NCBI GenBank assembly: GCA_028716945.1
Contig: JAQUOT010000001.1
Span: 402,471-466,470 of the forward strand
Reading direction: 5' to 3'
Source of the DNA: Candidatus Nanoarchaeia archaeon
GTDB lineage: Archaea; Nanobdellota; Nanobdellia; SCGC-AAA011-G17; JAFCDX01
Length of the DNA stretch: 64,000 bases
The translations under genes and the position numbers were made by a program. The notes beneath the pieces are model-generated. The model saw nothing but the letters and a program-made list of their open reading frames with translations, ran no database searches and had not been told where the DNA came from. Shown here one piece after another: positions 25,435-35,835 of this stretch. Position 1 is the stretch's first letter. Every line of letters starts with the position of its first letter.

Positions 25435-28341
25435 ATGGTTAATAAACTATTAAAGATAGATAAAAAGTGGCAGAAAGCTTGGGAAGATAAAAAGGCTTTC
25501 AAAGTAAAAGAAGATCCTAAAAAAAAGAAGTATTATGTTCTTGAGATGTATCCTTATCCTTCAGCTTCTTTCTTACATATGGGACATGTGAGAAATTATA
25601 CTATTGGAGATATTTATGCTAGATTCAAAAGAATGCAAGGTTTTAATATACTTTATCCAATGGGGTATGATTCATTTGGATTGCCTGCTGAAACTGCAGC
25701 AAAAAAAGAAGGAATACACCCAAAAAAATATGCAGAAAGTTCTATAAAAAAAATAATGGAATATCAGAAAGCTTTAGGCAATAGTTATGATTGGAGCAGG
25801 ATTCTTTCAAGTCACGATGTTAATTATTACAAATGGAACCAATATTTTTTCTTGAAATTATTTGAAAAAGGTTTAACTTATAGAAAAAATGCACCTGTAA
25901 ATTGGTGTGAAAAATGTCAATCAGTTCTTGCTAACGAAGAATCTGAAGGAGGAAAATGTTGGAGATGTGACAGCGAAGTTGTACAAAAACCTCTTGAACA
26001 GTGGTTCTTTAAGATAACTGCATATGCTGACAGACTTCTTAATGATTTAAATAAAATAGATTGGCCAGAAAAAATAAAATTAATGCAGAAAAATTGGATA
26101 GGTAAATCTCATGGAACAGAAATTTTATTTAAGATTAATAATGAAAATTGGCCAATATTTACAACAAGAGCAGATACAATTTATGGAGTAACTTTTATGG
26201 TTATCTCTGCACAACATCCAAAATTATTTGATTTAGTTACAAAAGAACAGAAAAAAGACGTTGATTCTTTCTTAAAGAAATTAAAAACAGTTTCTAAAGA
26301 AGAACTTGAAGAATTAGAAAAAGAAGGAGTATTTACTGGAAGTTATGCAATTAATCCTATAACCAAAGAAAAAGTTCCTGTTTACGCTGGAAATTTTGTT
26401 ATTGCAGATTATGGTTCTGGAATGGTTATGGCAGTTCCTGCTCATGATCAAAGAGATTTTGAATTTGCAAAAAAATATAATATTCCAATTAAAATTGTTA
26501 TTATACCTGAGAAAGAGTTAATTAAAGAAGACGACATGATAAATCGAATGTTCTTAGAAATAAAAAAAATAAATGAATTGATGCAAAAAAATAAGATAAA
26601 AGTTTGGTTCAATGGAACTTTTGGTGTAATCGGGCACTCTAAGAAGATATTCATTAAACCAAGAGATGTTGATTTTGGAGTTTTAGAAAAAGATTATGAA
26701 AAAGCAAAAAAGCTTCTTGTTGGTTTGGGTTACTCAAAAATAGAAGAGAAAGAAAATGAAAAATTTAAATATACATCTTATAAATATGAGGATTTATTTC
26801 TCGAGGTAGGAACATTTGATCACGATTTGGGTAATGAAGTAGCAAATATTAAAGGAATTACTTATCCAATCCCAAATGCAAGGTGGTTAGCTGAATGTTA
26901 TGAGATTACTAAAAACAAAGAGCGTCGACAGGGAAGAGGAGACGACTTTTCTGCTTTATTATTGGGATTACTTTCAGGAAGTATGAAAGAAGCATTTACA
27001 GGTAATGGAACACTAATAAATTCTAAAGAATTCAATGGTACAAATAATTTAGATGCAATAGAAGAAATTACAAAACATCTTGAAAAATTAAAATTAGGTA
27101 AAAAAGTTACTCAATACAAACTAAGAGATTGGATGATTTCTCGTCAGAGGTACTGGGGGACACCAATTCCAATAATTTATTGTGATAAATGTGGAGTAGT
27201 TCCTGTTCCAGAAAAAGATTTACCAGTAACTTTACCTGAAAAAGTTAAATTCGATACAGGAAATCCTTTATCAACAAATAAAGAATTTGTAAATGTTAAA
27301 TGCCCAAAATGTAAAGGTCCTGGAAGAAGAGAAACAGATACTATGGGCGGATTTGTAGATTCTTCATGGTATTTCATAAGATTCTGCGACAATACAAATA
27401 AAAAACAACCTTTTGATAAGAAAAAAGCAAATTATTGGATGCCTGTTGATCAATATATTGGTGGAGCAGAGCATGCAGTTATGCATCTTATGTATGCTAG
27501 ATTCTTTGTAAAAGCACTAAAAGATTTAGGTATAGTTAGTTTTGATGAACCATTTTCAAAACTTTTCAACCAAGGAATTGTTTACAAAGATGGTGCAAAA
27601 ATGTCAAAGAGCAAAGGAAATGTTGTTTATCAAACAGAAATTTCAGAAAAATATGGTATTGATACTGCAAGATTATTCTTAATGTCAATTGCTGCTCCAG
27701 ATGCAGTTATGGAATGGAGAGATGAAGGTGTTGAAAGTAGTTTTAAATTCATAAATAAAGTTATAACTTATTATGAAAACGTAAAATTAGGAAAATCTTC
27801 TGAAAAAGTAGAATCAAAATTAAATAAAACCATAAAAGAAGTTACCGAAGATATAGAATCTTTTAATTATAATATTGCAATAATAAAAATAAGAAAATTA
27901 TTTGAATCTTTTAATAAAGAAGAATCTAAAAATACTTTAGAACCATTCTTGAAATTATTCCATCCTTTCTGTCCACATATCACAGAAGAACTCTGGAGTA
28001 AATTAAAAAATAAAGAATTTTTGAGCTTGGAAGATTGGCCAAAAGCAGATTTGAAAAAAATCAATGAAAAATTCGAACAAGAAGATAAATTAATAGATAA
28101 TTTAACAGAAGATATTAATAATGTTGTTAGAATAATAAAAGAAAAAGGCAATGAACCTAAAAAAGTATTTATTTATACAATTCCAAAAGAAAAAGAAATT
28201 TATTCTAATGAAATAGAATCAATTAAACTAAGAACCACTTTGGATGTAGAAGTATTTGCAGTAAATGATCCTAAGAAACATGATCCTCAGAATAAAGCCA
28301 TTAAATCAAAACCAGGAAAACCAGCATTATATTTGGAATAA
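25435..28341 (+). CDS. leuS: Leucine--tRNA ligase (bacterial-type core) with nucleotidyltransferase-like insertion
   Basis: MYPYPS, HMGH, TTRADT, VPAHDQRD, SRQRYWG, KMSKS. Confidence 0.96.
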   Translation: MVNKLLKIDKKWQKAWEDKKAFKVKEDPKKKKYYVLEMYPYPSASFLHMGHVRNYTIGDIYARFKRMQGFNILYPMGYDSFGLPAETAAKKEGIHPKKYAESSIKKIMEYQKALGNSYDWSRILSSHDVNYYKWNQYFFLKLFEKGLTYRKNAPVNWCEKCQSVLANEESEGGKCWRCDSEVVQKPLEQWFFKITAYADRLLNDLNKIDWPEKIKLMQKNWIGKSHGTEILFKINNENWPIFTTRADTIYGVTFMVISAQHPKLFDLVTKEQKKDVDSFLKKLKTVSKEELEELEKEGVFTGSYAINPITKEKVPVYAGNFVIADYGSGMVMAVPAHDQRDFEFAKKYNIPIKIVIIPEKELIKEDDMINRMFLEIKKINELMQKNKIKVWFNGTFGVIGHSKKIFIKPRDVDFGVLEKDYEKAKKLLVGLGYSKIEEKENEKFKYTSYKYEDLFLEVGTFDHDLGNEVANIKGITYPIPNARWLAECYEITKNKERRQGRGDDFSALLLGLLSGSMKEAFTGNGTLINSKEFNGTNNLDAIEEITKHLEKLKLGKKVTQYKLRDWMISRQRYWGTPIPIIYCDKCGVVPVPEKDLPVTLPEKVKFDTGNPLSTNKEFVNVKCPKCKGPGRRETDTMGGFVDSSWYFIRFCDNTNKKQPFDKKKANYWMPVDQYIGGAEHAVMHLMYARFFVKALKDLGIVSFDEPFSKLFNQGIVYKDGAKMSKSKGNVVYQTEISEKYGIDTARLFLMSIAAPDAVMEWRDEGVESSFKFINKVITYYENVKLGKSSEKVESKLNKTIKEVTEDIESFNYNIAIIKIRKLFESFNKEESKNTLEPFLKLFHPFCPHITEELWSKLKNKEFLSLEDWPKADLKKINEKFEQEDKLIDNLTEDINNVVRIIKEKGNEPKKVFIYTIPKEKEIYSNEIESIKLRTTLDVEVFAVNDPKKHDPQNKAIKSKPGKPALYLE

Positions 28342-28399
28342 CTTCAATCTAAACTAAAGTCTTAACTATCTTTATAAATAAGGTTTACTTCTAAAAATC

Positions 28400-28978
28400 A
28401 TGGCAGAAGATAAATTTTTATTGGTGTCTTTAGGAGAAGAGAAATCAAAGAAGCTTGCTCAAGTGATTTCTTCAGATACAGCAAGAAAGATAATTAATTT
28501 ATTAGCAGAAAAGGATTTTACTGAAACCGAAATAGCTGAAAGATTAAATTTACCTTTAACAACTGCCCATTATAATACACAACAACTAGAAGATGCAGGT
28601 TTGATAGAATCAAAAGGATTTAAATGGTCTGAGAAAGGTAAGAAAATAAAATATTATCAGTTAGTTAACAAATTAATTATAGTAACACCTAAATCTACAA
28701 AAAACTTTTCAGATATATTAAAGGGAATATTGCCTGTAACTTTAATTGGAGCTTTAGGTTCTTTAGGAATTTACCTTTATGAGAAATCACAATTAATTAC
28801 AACTAACTTGGATTCTACTGGTGGACAAATGTTAAAGTCAGTAACAGAAGAAGCAGTTTTAGCAGCACCAGCAGTTGTACAACAATCAATGATGAATTAT
28901 GGTCTATACTTTTTTATTGGAGTCATATTCACAACATTTTTATATATAGGAATACAATATATTAAGAGGAAAAAATGA
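28400..28978 (+). CDS. ArsR-like HTH protein with C-terminal TM helices
   Basis: TARKIINLL...TETEIAERLNLPLTTAHYN..QL.DAGLI; two hydrophobic segments. Confidence 0.82.
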   Translation: MAEDKFLLVSLGEEKSKKLAQVISSDTARKIINLLAEKDFTETEIAERLNLPLTTAHYNTQQLEDAGLIESKGFKWSEKGKKIKYYQLVNKLIIVTPKSTKNFSDILKGILPVTLIGALGSLGIYLYEKSQLITTNLDSTGGQMLKSVTEEAVLAAPAVVQQSMMNYGLYFFIGVIFTTFLYIGIQYIKRKK

Positions 28979-30243
28979 AAATATTAAATCTATTTTTGGT
29001 TTTATTATTGGTATTACCTATTAGTTTAGCAGCAGAAGAAATGGCACAAACTAAGATTATGGCTTATCCTCCATACCAAGCAAATACTGGATTGAACCAA
29101 TATTATACTGTTGATTTTGATGAAGAAGGAGATGCAACAGTTGCTGCTAAGATAGAAATACAAAATTTTGATAAAGAAGGTGTATCTCAATTACAATTTG
29201 AAATTCCTGGAACAAATGTAAGAATGATTAATTTAGTTCAAGAATATTTCTTATATACCGAAGATTGTTCAAATTGGCAGAAAGTTTGTAATTCTATGGG
29301 TTGCTTAGATCAGTGTACTTCTTATTATCCAAGGCAAATATGGCCTCCGCAATATGAATCTATAAATTATGAAACAGATACTTTATCTAATTCTGTTTTA
29401 TATAGGATGAAACTTCCTCATAAAATAAATCAGAGTGAAACCAGTTCAATTATTGTATATTACAAAACAAGATCTTATACACAAAAAAATTTAGGTATAT
29501 TTGATTTTAATTTTGAAACCATAAAATTAAATTATGATACAAATAGTGTAAATGTTGGAGTTTCTGTAAGTGGAGATTTACATTTAAAAGGAACTAGCCA
29601 AAACGTAAATTATTTACCTGAATTTGAAAGAGCTGCACAAGACTTTTCTATGGGAAAAGTAGGAGAAATGGCAAATGTAGTTGGATATATTGGTCAAGGT
29701 TCTTATTCTAGAAATGCAAATTCTTTAGATCCAATGGAAAGTTTTAGTTTAACTGGAAGTTATGCAAAATCTTGGTTAAATTTATACAGGTTTAGAATAT
29801 TTATTGGATTATTAATTGCAATAGGTTTAATTTTCGGAGCTTATTATGCATTAAAAAAATTAGAAGTATTTGAACAAAAAAATGCAAAAAAATGTATTTG
29901 GTCTGGAATAGCAAGTTCATTAGCTTTAATTATATTATGGACATTAACTTCTCTATTCTTAAATTTAATAAATAAATATGCTGCTTATAATGTTCAATCT
30001 ATGATATTTTTAATGGTTTTATTGTTAATTGGAATAATATCTTTATTTGTAATGTTTGGACCAATAGTCTACTTTGGCTTAAAATATGGTCTTAAAGAAG
30101 CAGTAATCGCTACTATATCTTTTTTAATCTCTTTGGTGATATTTGGTATTATTGCAACAATAATTCTTGTTTTATTGATGCCTTCTAATTCTGGACCAAT
30201 TTATAGATATGCTATGGAAACCGCAAAAGCGGTAATGGCTTAA
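28975..30243 (+). CDS. Exported-domain multi-pass membrane protein
   Basis: Signal peptide, Cys cluster, four C-terminal TM helices; ATGA overlap with the HTH gene. Confidence 0.75.
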   Translation: MKILNLFLVLLLVLPISLAAEEMAQTKIMAYPPYQANTGLNQYYTVDFDEEGDATVAAKIEIQNFDKEGVSQLQFEIPGTNVRMINLVQEYFLYTEDCSNWQKVCNSMGCLDQCTSYYPRQIWPPQYESINYETDTLSNSVLYRMKLPHKINQSETSSIIVYYKTRSYTQKNLGIFDFNFETIKLNYDTNSVNVGVSVSGDLHLKGTSQNVNYLPEFERAAQDFSMGKVGEMANVVGYIGQGSYSRNANSLDPMESFSLTGSYAKSWLNLYRFRIFIGLLIAIGLIFGAYYALKKLEVFEQKNAKKCIWSGIASSLALIILWTLTSLFLNLINKYAAYNVQSMIFLMVLLLIGIISLFVMFGPIVYFGLKYGLKEAVIATISFLISLVIFGIIATIILVLLMPSNSGPIYRYAMETAKAVMA

Positions 30244-30314
30244 TTGTTACCACTCTAAAATAATATCAATAGAAAAGTTTATAAGCAATTATCCGCAATT
30301 CTTTTTAACTTAAA

Positions 30315-31151
30315 ATGGTAAAGAAATTTTTTGTAGGAGATAGACAGATATATCTTAATAGATTTGACAAAATTAAGGATATTTTTAAAGAGAATTTGGA
30401 TGTTTTTTATGATGCTTGTAGAGACATTAAGAATAATAAATGGCTTTCTATAGCTTGTGTTTTATTAACTGTTGAAAGTTTTCATTTAACAAATAATATT
30501 TTAGAAAAGTATCATACCAAAAAACAAAATCTTGAAGCAAAGGTTATGGTACAACCTATACCAAAATATGAACCTCAACCAGTTCCTATTCCTGTAGTTA
30601 AACCAGTTGAAACTGTAGAAAAATTTGTTCTTCCAACAGAAGTTGTAAAATCTATGGATTATTGGGCTTCATCTTATAATAATGATAAACTTCTGACAGA
30701 AGCTATCGCTTTTAAGGAAAGTGGAGGAGATATATATAAAGTTAGTAAAGATGGAGCAGTAGGAGTAATGCAAATAATGCCTTGTACTGCTTTAGATGTT
30801 GGACTTGATATTCCAACTAGCGAATATGAAGTTATAAAAGGGGTTTGTTATAACACTCCTACTTGTGTTAAAGAAAACGAACAAAATTGTGATTATCAAA
30901 ATGATCAGAGATTTAGTTTAAATTATAATATTCGTGCAGGAATGTATTACCAACAATATTTAAGAAAACTGCCTTATATTGGAAAAGACAGAGAAAAAAT
31001 GTTGGCTGCTTATAATTATGGACCGGGACATATAAACGAACTTTGTGATGGTTTAAGTTATAAACAATGTGAACCAAATTTACCTATAGAAACTAAAAAT
31101 TATGTAAATAAAGTCCTTGAAATATATAATTATAAAAGAAATAAAAGTTAA
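30315..31151 (+). CDS. Lytic transglycosylase (SLT domain) protein
   Basis: KESGG (catalytic Glu), GAVGVMQIMP, NIRAG..Y, LAAYNYGPG, ETKNYVNKV. Confidence 0.9.
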   Translation: MVKKFFVGDRQIYLNRFDKIKDIFKENLDVFYDACRDIKNNKWLSIACVLLTVESFHLTNNILEKYHTKKQNLEAKVMVQPIPKYEPQPVPIPVVKPVETVEKFVLPTEVVKSMDYWASSYNNDKLLTEAIAFKESGGDIYKVSKDGAVGVMQIMPCTALDVGLDIPTSEYEVIKGVCYNTPTCVKENEQNCDYQNDQRFSLNYNIRAGMYYQQYLRKLPYIGKDREKMLAAYNYGPGHINELCDGLSYKQCEPNLPIETKNYVNKVLEIYNYKRNKS

Positions 31152-31717
31152 TAACTAAAGAAACTGATTTTTGCATTCTTCATTTTTCTATAAAAAATAT
31201 ATTCTGGTTTATTTTCTTTAGATTTAATAAACTCTTTTGATAAACCTTCCCATACAAAGAACCACCCTGCCGGTTCAAATATTATAAACATTAATTTTTC
31301 TAAAAACGAGGGTCCGGATGAATGTAAAAATGTTACAGATATTAACATTAAAATAATTCCAGCAATAAACCATATTATTCCTTCTTTTTTAACTTCTTTT
31401 ATTTCATTTTCTTTTTCTTTAAAGTGGTGATCAAAATGTTCTTTTAATCTTCTTCTTATTTTTGCTTCGTGTTCTAAGCTTCTTTTTTGTTTGGGTATTA
31501 ATAATCTTAATTCTAATCCTTCTTCTGGTTTGTCTATAGAAGCTCTTTTACATTCTGTTAAAAAATCAGTTGATAACGATCTTTCTGAATAAGCTCTTGG
31601 ATCAAACCCAGAAAATAAATCACCATAAGAATCAAGAACTAGACTAATATTTCCTTCCCTTAGCGTATATTCATAAACTTTTTCTGTTTTTTTAACAAAT
31701 TTACCTCTTTTTTTCAT
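31148..31717 (-). CDS. Conserved hypothetical membrane protein
   Basis: LDSYGDLFSGFDPR, two TMs, GWFFVWEG. Confidence 0.75.
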   Translation of the reverse strand: MKKRGKFVKKTEKVYEYTLREGNISLVLDSYGDLFSGFDPRAYSERSLSTDFLTECKRASIDKPEEGLELRLLIPKQKRSLEHEAKIRRRLKEHFDHHFKEKENEIKEVKKEGIIWFIAGIILMLISVTFLHSSGPSFLEKLMFIIFEPAGWFFVWEGLSKEFIKSKENKPEYIFYRKMKNAKISFFSY

Positions 31718-31763
31718 ATAACACCTATAAATTATTAAGTTTTTTATTTTAAATAGCTTTTGT

Positions 31764-33902
31764 TTATTCTAAAATAGCTTTTATTCTTCTAATTCCTGCA
31801 GCTATTGATTCTTCCTTAATAATTTTGAACTTTCCTAATTCTTTTGTATTTTTAACATGAGGACCCATACATATTTCTTTTGAATAGTCTCCAATTGAAT
31901 ATACAGAAACCTTTTCAGGATATTTAGCTCCAAATTCATGTTGTGCTCCAGATTTTATTGCTCTGTCTAGAGGCATTTCTTCTCTTATTATATCTAATTT
32001 TTTATTAATTACTTTATTTACTTCATCTTCTACTTTTTTAACTTCTTCATCTGTTAGTTTTCTATCAAAGTTAAAATCAAATCTTAATCTTTCTGGAGTA
32101 ATATTAGAACCTTTTTGTTTTATTTCTTTGGATAAAATTCTTCTTAATGCTTCGTTCAATAGATGTGTAGCAGTATGTAATTTTGCAGTTATTTCAGATG
32201 CTTCAGATAATCCGCCTTTGAATTTCTTTTCAGCTCCGACTCTGGATAATTCTTGATGTTTTTCAAACTCTTTATTAAAACCTTTTTCATCTACATCAAT
32301 TCCTTTTTCTTTTGCTAATTCTTGAACCATTTCTAATGGAAAACCATAACTTTGGAATAATAAGAAGGCATCTTTACCAGAAATATTTTTATCAGATATT
32401 TTTTCAAATTGTTTGATTCCTTTTTCAAGTGTTTCTCTAAATCTTACTTCTTCGTTTTCAAGTTCTTTCATAATGAAATTATATTTTTGCTTTAATTCAG
32501 GATAATCTTCTTTGTACATTTCAATTACAATTTTTGCAATAGGTTTTGTTAAATTATCTTTAATTCCTAATAAATTTCCATGTCTTATTGCTCTTCTGAT
32601 AAATCTTCTTAAAATATATCCTTGATCTACATTGCTTGGAAGAACATCTCTTTCATCACCTAAAATAAAAGTTGCTGCTCTCATATGATCTGAAATAATT
32701 CTAACGCTTTTTTCATTTTCTTTTGAAATTGATTTTAGTTTAGCTAATTTTTTAATTTCTTCAATTAAAGGTAAGAAAAGTTCTGTTTCATAAACATTTT
32801 TTTTACCTTCCAACATAGCAGAAGTTCTTTCTACTCCCATTCCTGTATCAACATTCTTTTGTTTAAGAGGAATGAAAGCAATTAAGTGATCTTCTATAAC
32901 TTTTTTTATTGATTTGATGTCGGTGTAATGTTTAGATAAGATGCCTAATTTTGCTGCAGTTTCTATATTTTTTTCATCATGATCAAAATAAATAACTTCT
33001 TCTGGTTGAAGATCAAATGTTTTTAAGAGGGTATTAAAATACTCAGGGTTATCTTTTTTTATTCCTTTTTCTTCTAATGAAAAGGCTTGCCAATTTGTAT
33101 CTAATTCTGGATTATAATTCTGCACTAATTTAAGCCCTTTTTCTTTAAATTTATTAACAACCAATATACTATGACTATTAAAATTATTAATAGTATCTAA
33201 TAATTCCTTATTAAGGTTAAACTTATCATCATAAAGGCAATACATTCCATCAACTAATATAAGTCTCTTATCTTTTTTGTACCCCATGAAAACATCATTC
33301 CAAATTTCTATGAATTTTCCACAAGAACATCCAGGTTTGCAATTTTTAGAACATTTTTCTTTTCCTGTATCTATAAACATTTCAGTACAAGGACCACAAG
33401 GACCTGTTGTTCCTGCAGGACCCCACCAATTATCTACCTTTGGTAGGAAATATATTCTTTCTTTTGGTATTCCTAAAGATTGCCAAGTTTTTGCACTTTC
33501 TTCATCTTTTGGAGCATCTTTATCTCCTGCGAATACTGTAACAGATAACAAATTTTTATCAAATTTTAAGACTTTAGTTAAAAATTCAAAGCTATATTCA
33601 ATTGCTTCTTTTTTAAAATAATCTCCTAAAGACCAATTTCCTAACATTTCAAAGAAAGTTAAATGAGCAGGATCACCTACAGAATCAATATCTCCTGTTC
33701 TAATACATTTTTGTACATCAGCAAGTCTTTTACCTAAAGGATGCTTTTGACCCATTAAAAAAGGGACTAATGGATGCATACCTGCCGTTGTAAATAACAC
33801 TGTAGGATCAAATTCTGGTATCAAAGAAGCTGATTTTATAATAGCATGACCTTTAGATTTAAAGAATTCTAGATATTTTTGCTTTAATTCATGTGCTTTC
33901 AT
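31764..33902 (-). CDS. alaS: Alanine--tRNA ligase (no C-Ala domain) with HAD-like insertion
   Basis: LFTTAGMHP, FFEMLGNWS, GPCGPC, VDTGMG, editing motifs HTATH and CMGPH, GIRRI. Confidence 0.96.
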   Translation of the reverse strand: MKAHELKQKYLEFFKSKGHAIIKSASLIPEFDPTVLFTTAGMHPLVPFLMGQKHPLGKRLADVQKCIRTGDIDSVGDPAHLTFFEMLGNWSLGDYFKKEAIEYSFEFLTKVLKFDKNLLSVTVFAGDKDAPKDEESAKTWQSLGIPKERIYFLPKVDNWWGPAGTTGPCGPCTEMFIDTGKEKCSKNCKPGCSCGKFIEIWNDVFMGYKKDKRLILVDGMYCLYDDKFNLNKELLDTINNFNSHSILVVNKFKEKGLKLVQNYNPELDTNWQAFSLEEKGIKKDNPEYFNTLLKTFDLQPEEVIYFDHDEKNIETAAKLGILSKHYTDIKSIKKVIEDHLIAFIPLKQKNVDTGMGVERTSAMLEGKKNVYETELFLPLIEEIKKLAKLKSISKENEKSVRIISDHMRAATFILGDERDVLPSNVDQGYILRRFIRRAIRHGNLLGIKDNLTKPIAKIVIEMYKEDYPELKQKYNFIMKELENEEVRFRETLEKGIKQFEKISDKNISGKDAFLLFQSYGFPLEMVQELAKEKGIDVDEKGFNKEFEKHQELSRVGAEKKFKGGLSEASEITAKLHTATHLLNEALRRILSKEIKQKGSNITPERLRFDFNFDRKLTDEEVKKVEDEVNKVINKKLDIIREEMPLDRAIKSGAQHEFGAKYPEKVSVYSIGDYSKEICMGPHVKNTKELGKFKIIKEESIAAGIRRIKAILE

Positions 33903-33940
33903 TACAATTCCTTTTATAATTAGTTATATAAAATTTTCTA

Positions 33941-34441
33941 TTATTTTATAGAATGCAATTTCTTTTGAATATTCATTATTTCATCTGCAAGTTTTTTAGA
34001 TTCATAATTTTCTTCTAAATTAATATCTTCTATTATTTCTTCGGGTTCTTCGTATATTGGTTCTACTTGATGAGGTTCTTGTTTTTTATGAATTTCATGA
34101 GGTGCTAGTTTGTGTTCTACTTTATGAATTACAGGACGTTCTATTTTCTTTGGAATTGTATTATGAACTTCATGAAGTTCTGGAACTTTTTCTACTTTAA
34201 TTTCTAATACAGGAAGGGATTTTTTAAAACTTAATTTTGATCTTCTAATATCTCTTACCTTTATCTTTAAATCTTGTAAAGCCTGCATTCTATACTTCAT
34301 TACTTTACTCTGTCCTACTTTTTTAAGTAAATTTGCTGTTTCTAGAGCAGCACCTAGAACTTCCTTCCTAATTGCTATAGGATTATCAACATGAGTATAA
34401 ACAACACTCGATTTTTGTTCTACCATTTTACTGAGATTCAA
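33941..34441 (-). CDS. Hypothetical protein
   Basis: 166-aa ORF overlapping the upstream ORF; H/E/P-rich linker. Confidence 0.65.
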   Translation of the reverse strand: MNLSKMVEQKSSVVYTHVDNPIAIRKEVLGAALETANLLKKVGQSKVMKYRMQALQDLKIKVRDIRRSKLSFKKSLPVLEIKVEKVPELHEVHNTIPKKIERPVIHKVEHKLAPHEIHKKQEPHQVEPIYEEPEEIIEDINLEENYESKKLADEIMNIQKKLHSIK

Positions 34442-35153
34442 ATATTTTTCTATCTATTTCCAATAGTTTAGTTTTTATTTTTTCTAATTCTACTTTCCAA
34501 GAACCAATTTCTTTTTCTTCTTCTAATCTTATTCTATTAAGTTCATCAAGAATTAAATCTGCTTCTCTTATTCTTAATTTTATATTTTCTAAATCATTAA
34601 GAGCATCTTTAAAATTTTCTATTCTTACAAATAAAGGTTGTTTATCATCTAGTTCAACTCTCCTAGGCATTAATTTTTCAATTCTTTCAGGAACAGCTCT
34701 TTCTCTTACCGGAATTATATATTCTATACATTCTGGTTTTGGATGATGATGTACTGTCTTTTTTGTTTCTGGTTTTTTATATTGTGTCATTTTTTTATCG
34801 CGTTGTATTGGTTTAAATTCTGGTTGAGGAAAATCTTCCACTCTTGGTTCTTCAATACCTTCTTCATCTATTGAAAAAGGCAATGGTTCTTCATTATATG
34901 ATTCATATATTGGTTCTTTATAACTATAAACAGGTTCTTTTTTAGTTTCTTTAACCATTTCTTTTAATGTAGGTAAAGAAATTCTCTTTCTCATTTCTTC
35001 ATGAGTTTCATCTTCAGGTATATCTGGTTCTGGACCTGGAAGCTCTAATTTTTTATTTTCAAATTGAGATTCATAAGTAGGAAGTTCTAAATCTGGTAAT
35101 TTTGGTAGAGTTAAAGATACGTCCTCTCTTTTCTTTTTTGTAAACCAACCCAT
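34428..35153 (-). CDS. Hypothetical protein (P/E-rich linker, C-terminal coiled coil)
   Basis: MGWF start, PLFVRIENFK...IDRKIFE. Confidence 0.7.
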   Translation of the reverse strand: MGWFTKKKREDVSLTLPKLPDLELPTYESQFENKKLELPGPEPDIPEDETHEEMRKRISLPTLKEMVKETKKEPVYSYKEPIYESYNEEPLPFSIDEEGIEEPRVEDFPQPEFKPIQRDKKMTQYKKPETKKTVHHHPKPECIEYIIPVRERAVPERIEKLMPRRVELDDKQPLFVRIENFKDALNDLENIKLRIREADLILDELNRIRLEEEKEIGSWKVELEKIKTKLLEIDRKIFESQ

Positions 35154-35244
35154 ACTCTTTCTACTTTTAAGAGGTTATTAAAGCTTTCTTTATTATTATT
35201 CTGTAGTAAATTAGTAATCAATACATTTTTATATTTCTTATATC

Positions 35245-35835
35245 ATGAAATTTTATTATCCTATGTCTAAAAAAACTAAATCTAAGAAGAAAAAGGTTTC
35301 TCCCAAAAAAGAAAAACCTATCTCTATCTATGACAAAGAATTTAAGACTCTTTTAACGAATTTAATCGGTCCAGAAGCAGTTACTGTTGTAGATCAATTG
35401 ATAAAAAGAAAGAATGTTTCTGAATTTACTGTTGCAGAAAATTTAGAAATGAATATTAATCAATTTAGGAGTATTATTTACAAGCTTGATGCTTATAATT
35501 TGGTTTCTGGAACAAGAAAAAAAGATAAGAAAAAAGGTTGGTATATTTATTATTGGACTTTTCATCCAGAAAGACTGGAAAACTTGTATTGGAACATTAA
35601 ATTGAGAAAATTAAAGAAATTAAAAGAGAGATTAGCTCAAGAATCAAAAACTTTGTTTTACGTTTGTCCTAACAAATGCATAAGGGTTAATTTACATGAA
35701 GGCATGGAGATGAATTTTAGATGTCCTGAATGTAATTCTTTGTTGAAAGAAGATATTCCTAATATAAAAAAGTTTGAGAAAGAAATAAAAGAACTTGAAG
35801 AAGAATTAAAAAAAGCAGGAAAATTACAATATTAA
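35245..35835 (+). CDS. tfe: Transcription factor E (TFE alpha)
   Basis: SEF..AE.L, KKGWYIYYW, FYVCPNKC, FRCPEC; the start may be ATG 35263. Confidence 0.92.
   Translation: MKFYYPMSKKTKSKKKKVSPKKEKPISIYDKEFKTLLTNLIGPEAVTVVDQLIKRKNVSEFTVAENLEMNINQFRSIIYKLDAYNLVSGTRKKDKKKGWYIYYWTFHPERLENLYWNIKLRKLKKLKERLAQESKTLFYVCPNKCIRVNLHEGMEMNFRCPECNSLLKEDIPNIKKFEKEIKELEEELKKAGKLQY

Noticed and set aside
26509-26982. Intein in LeuRS (or in AlaRS)
   Set aside because: No intein terminal residues or splicing blocks; the inserts carry NTase and HAD motifs instead.
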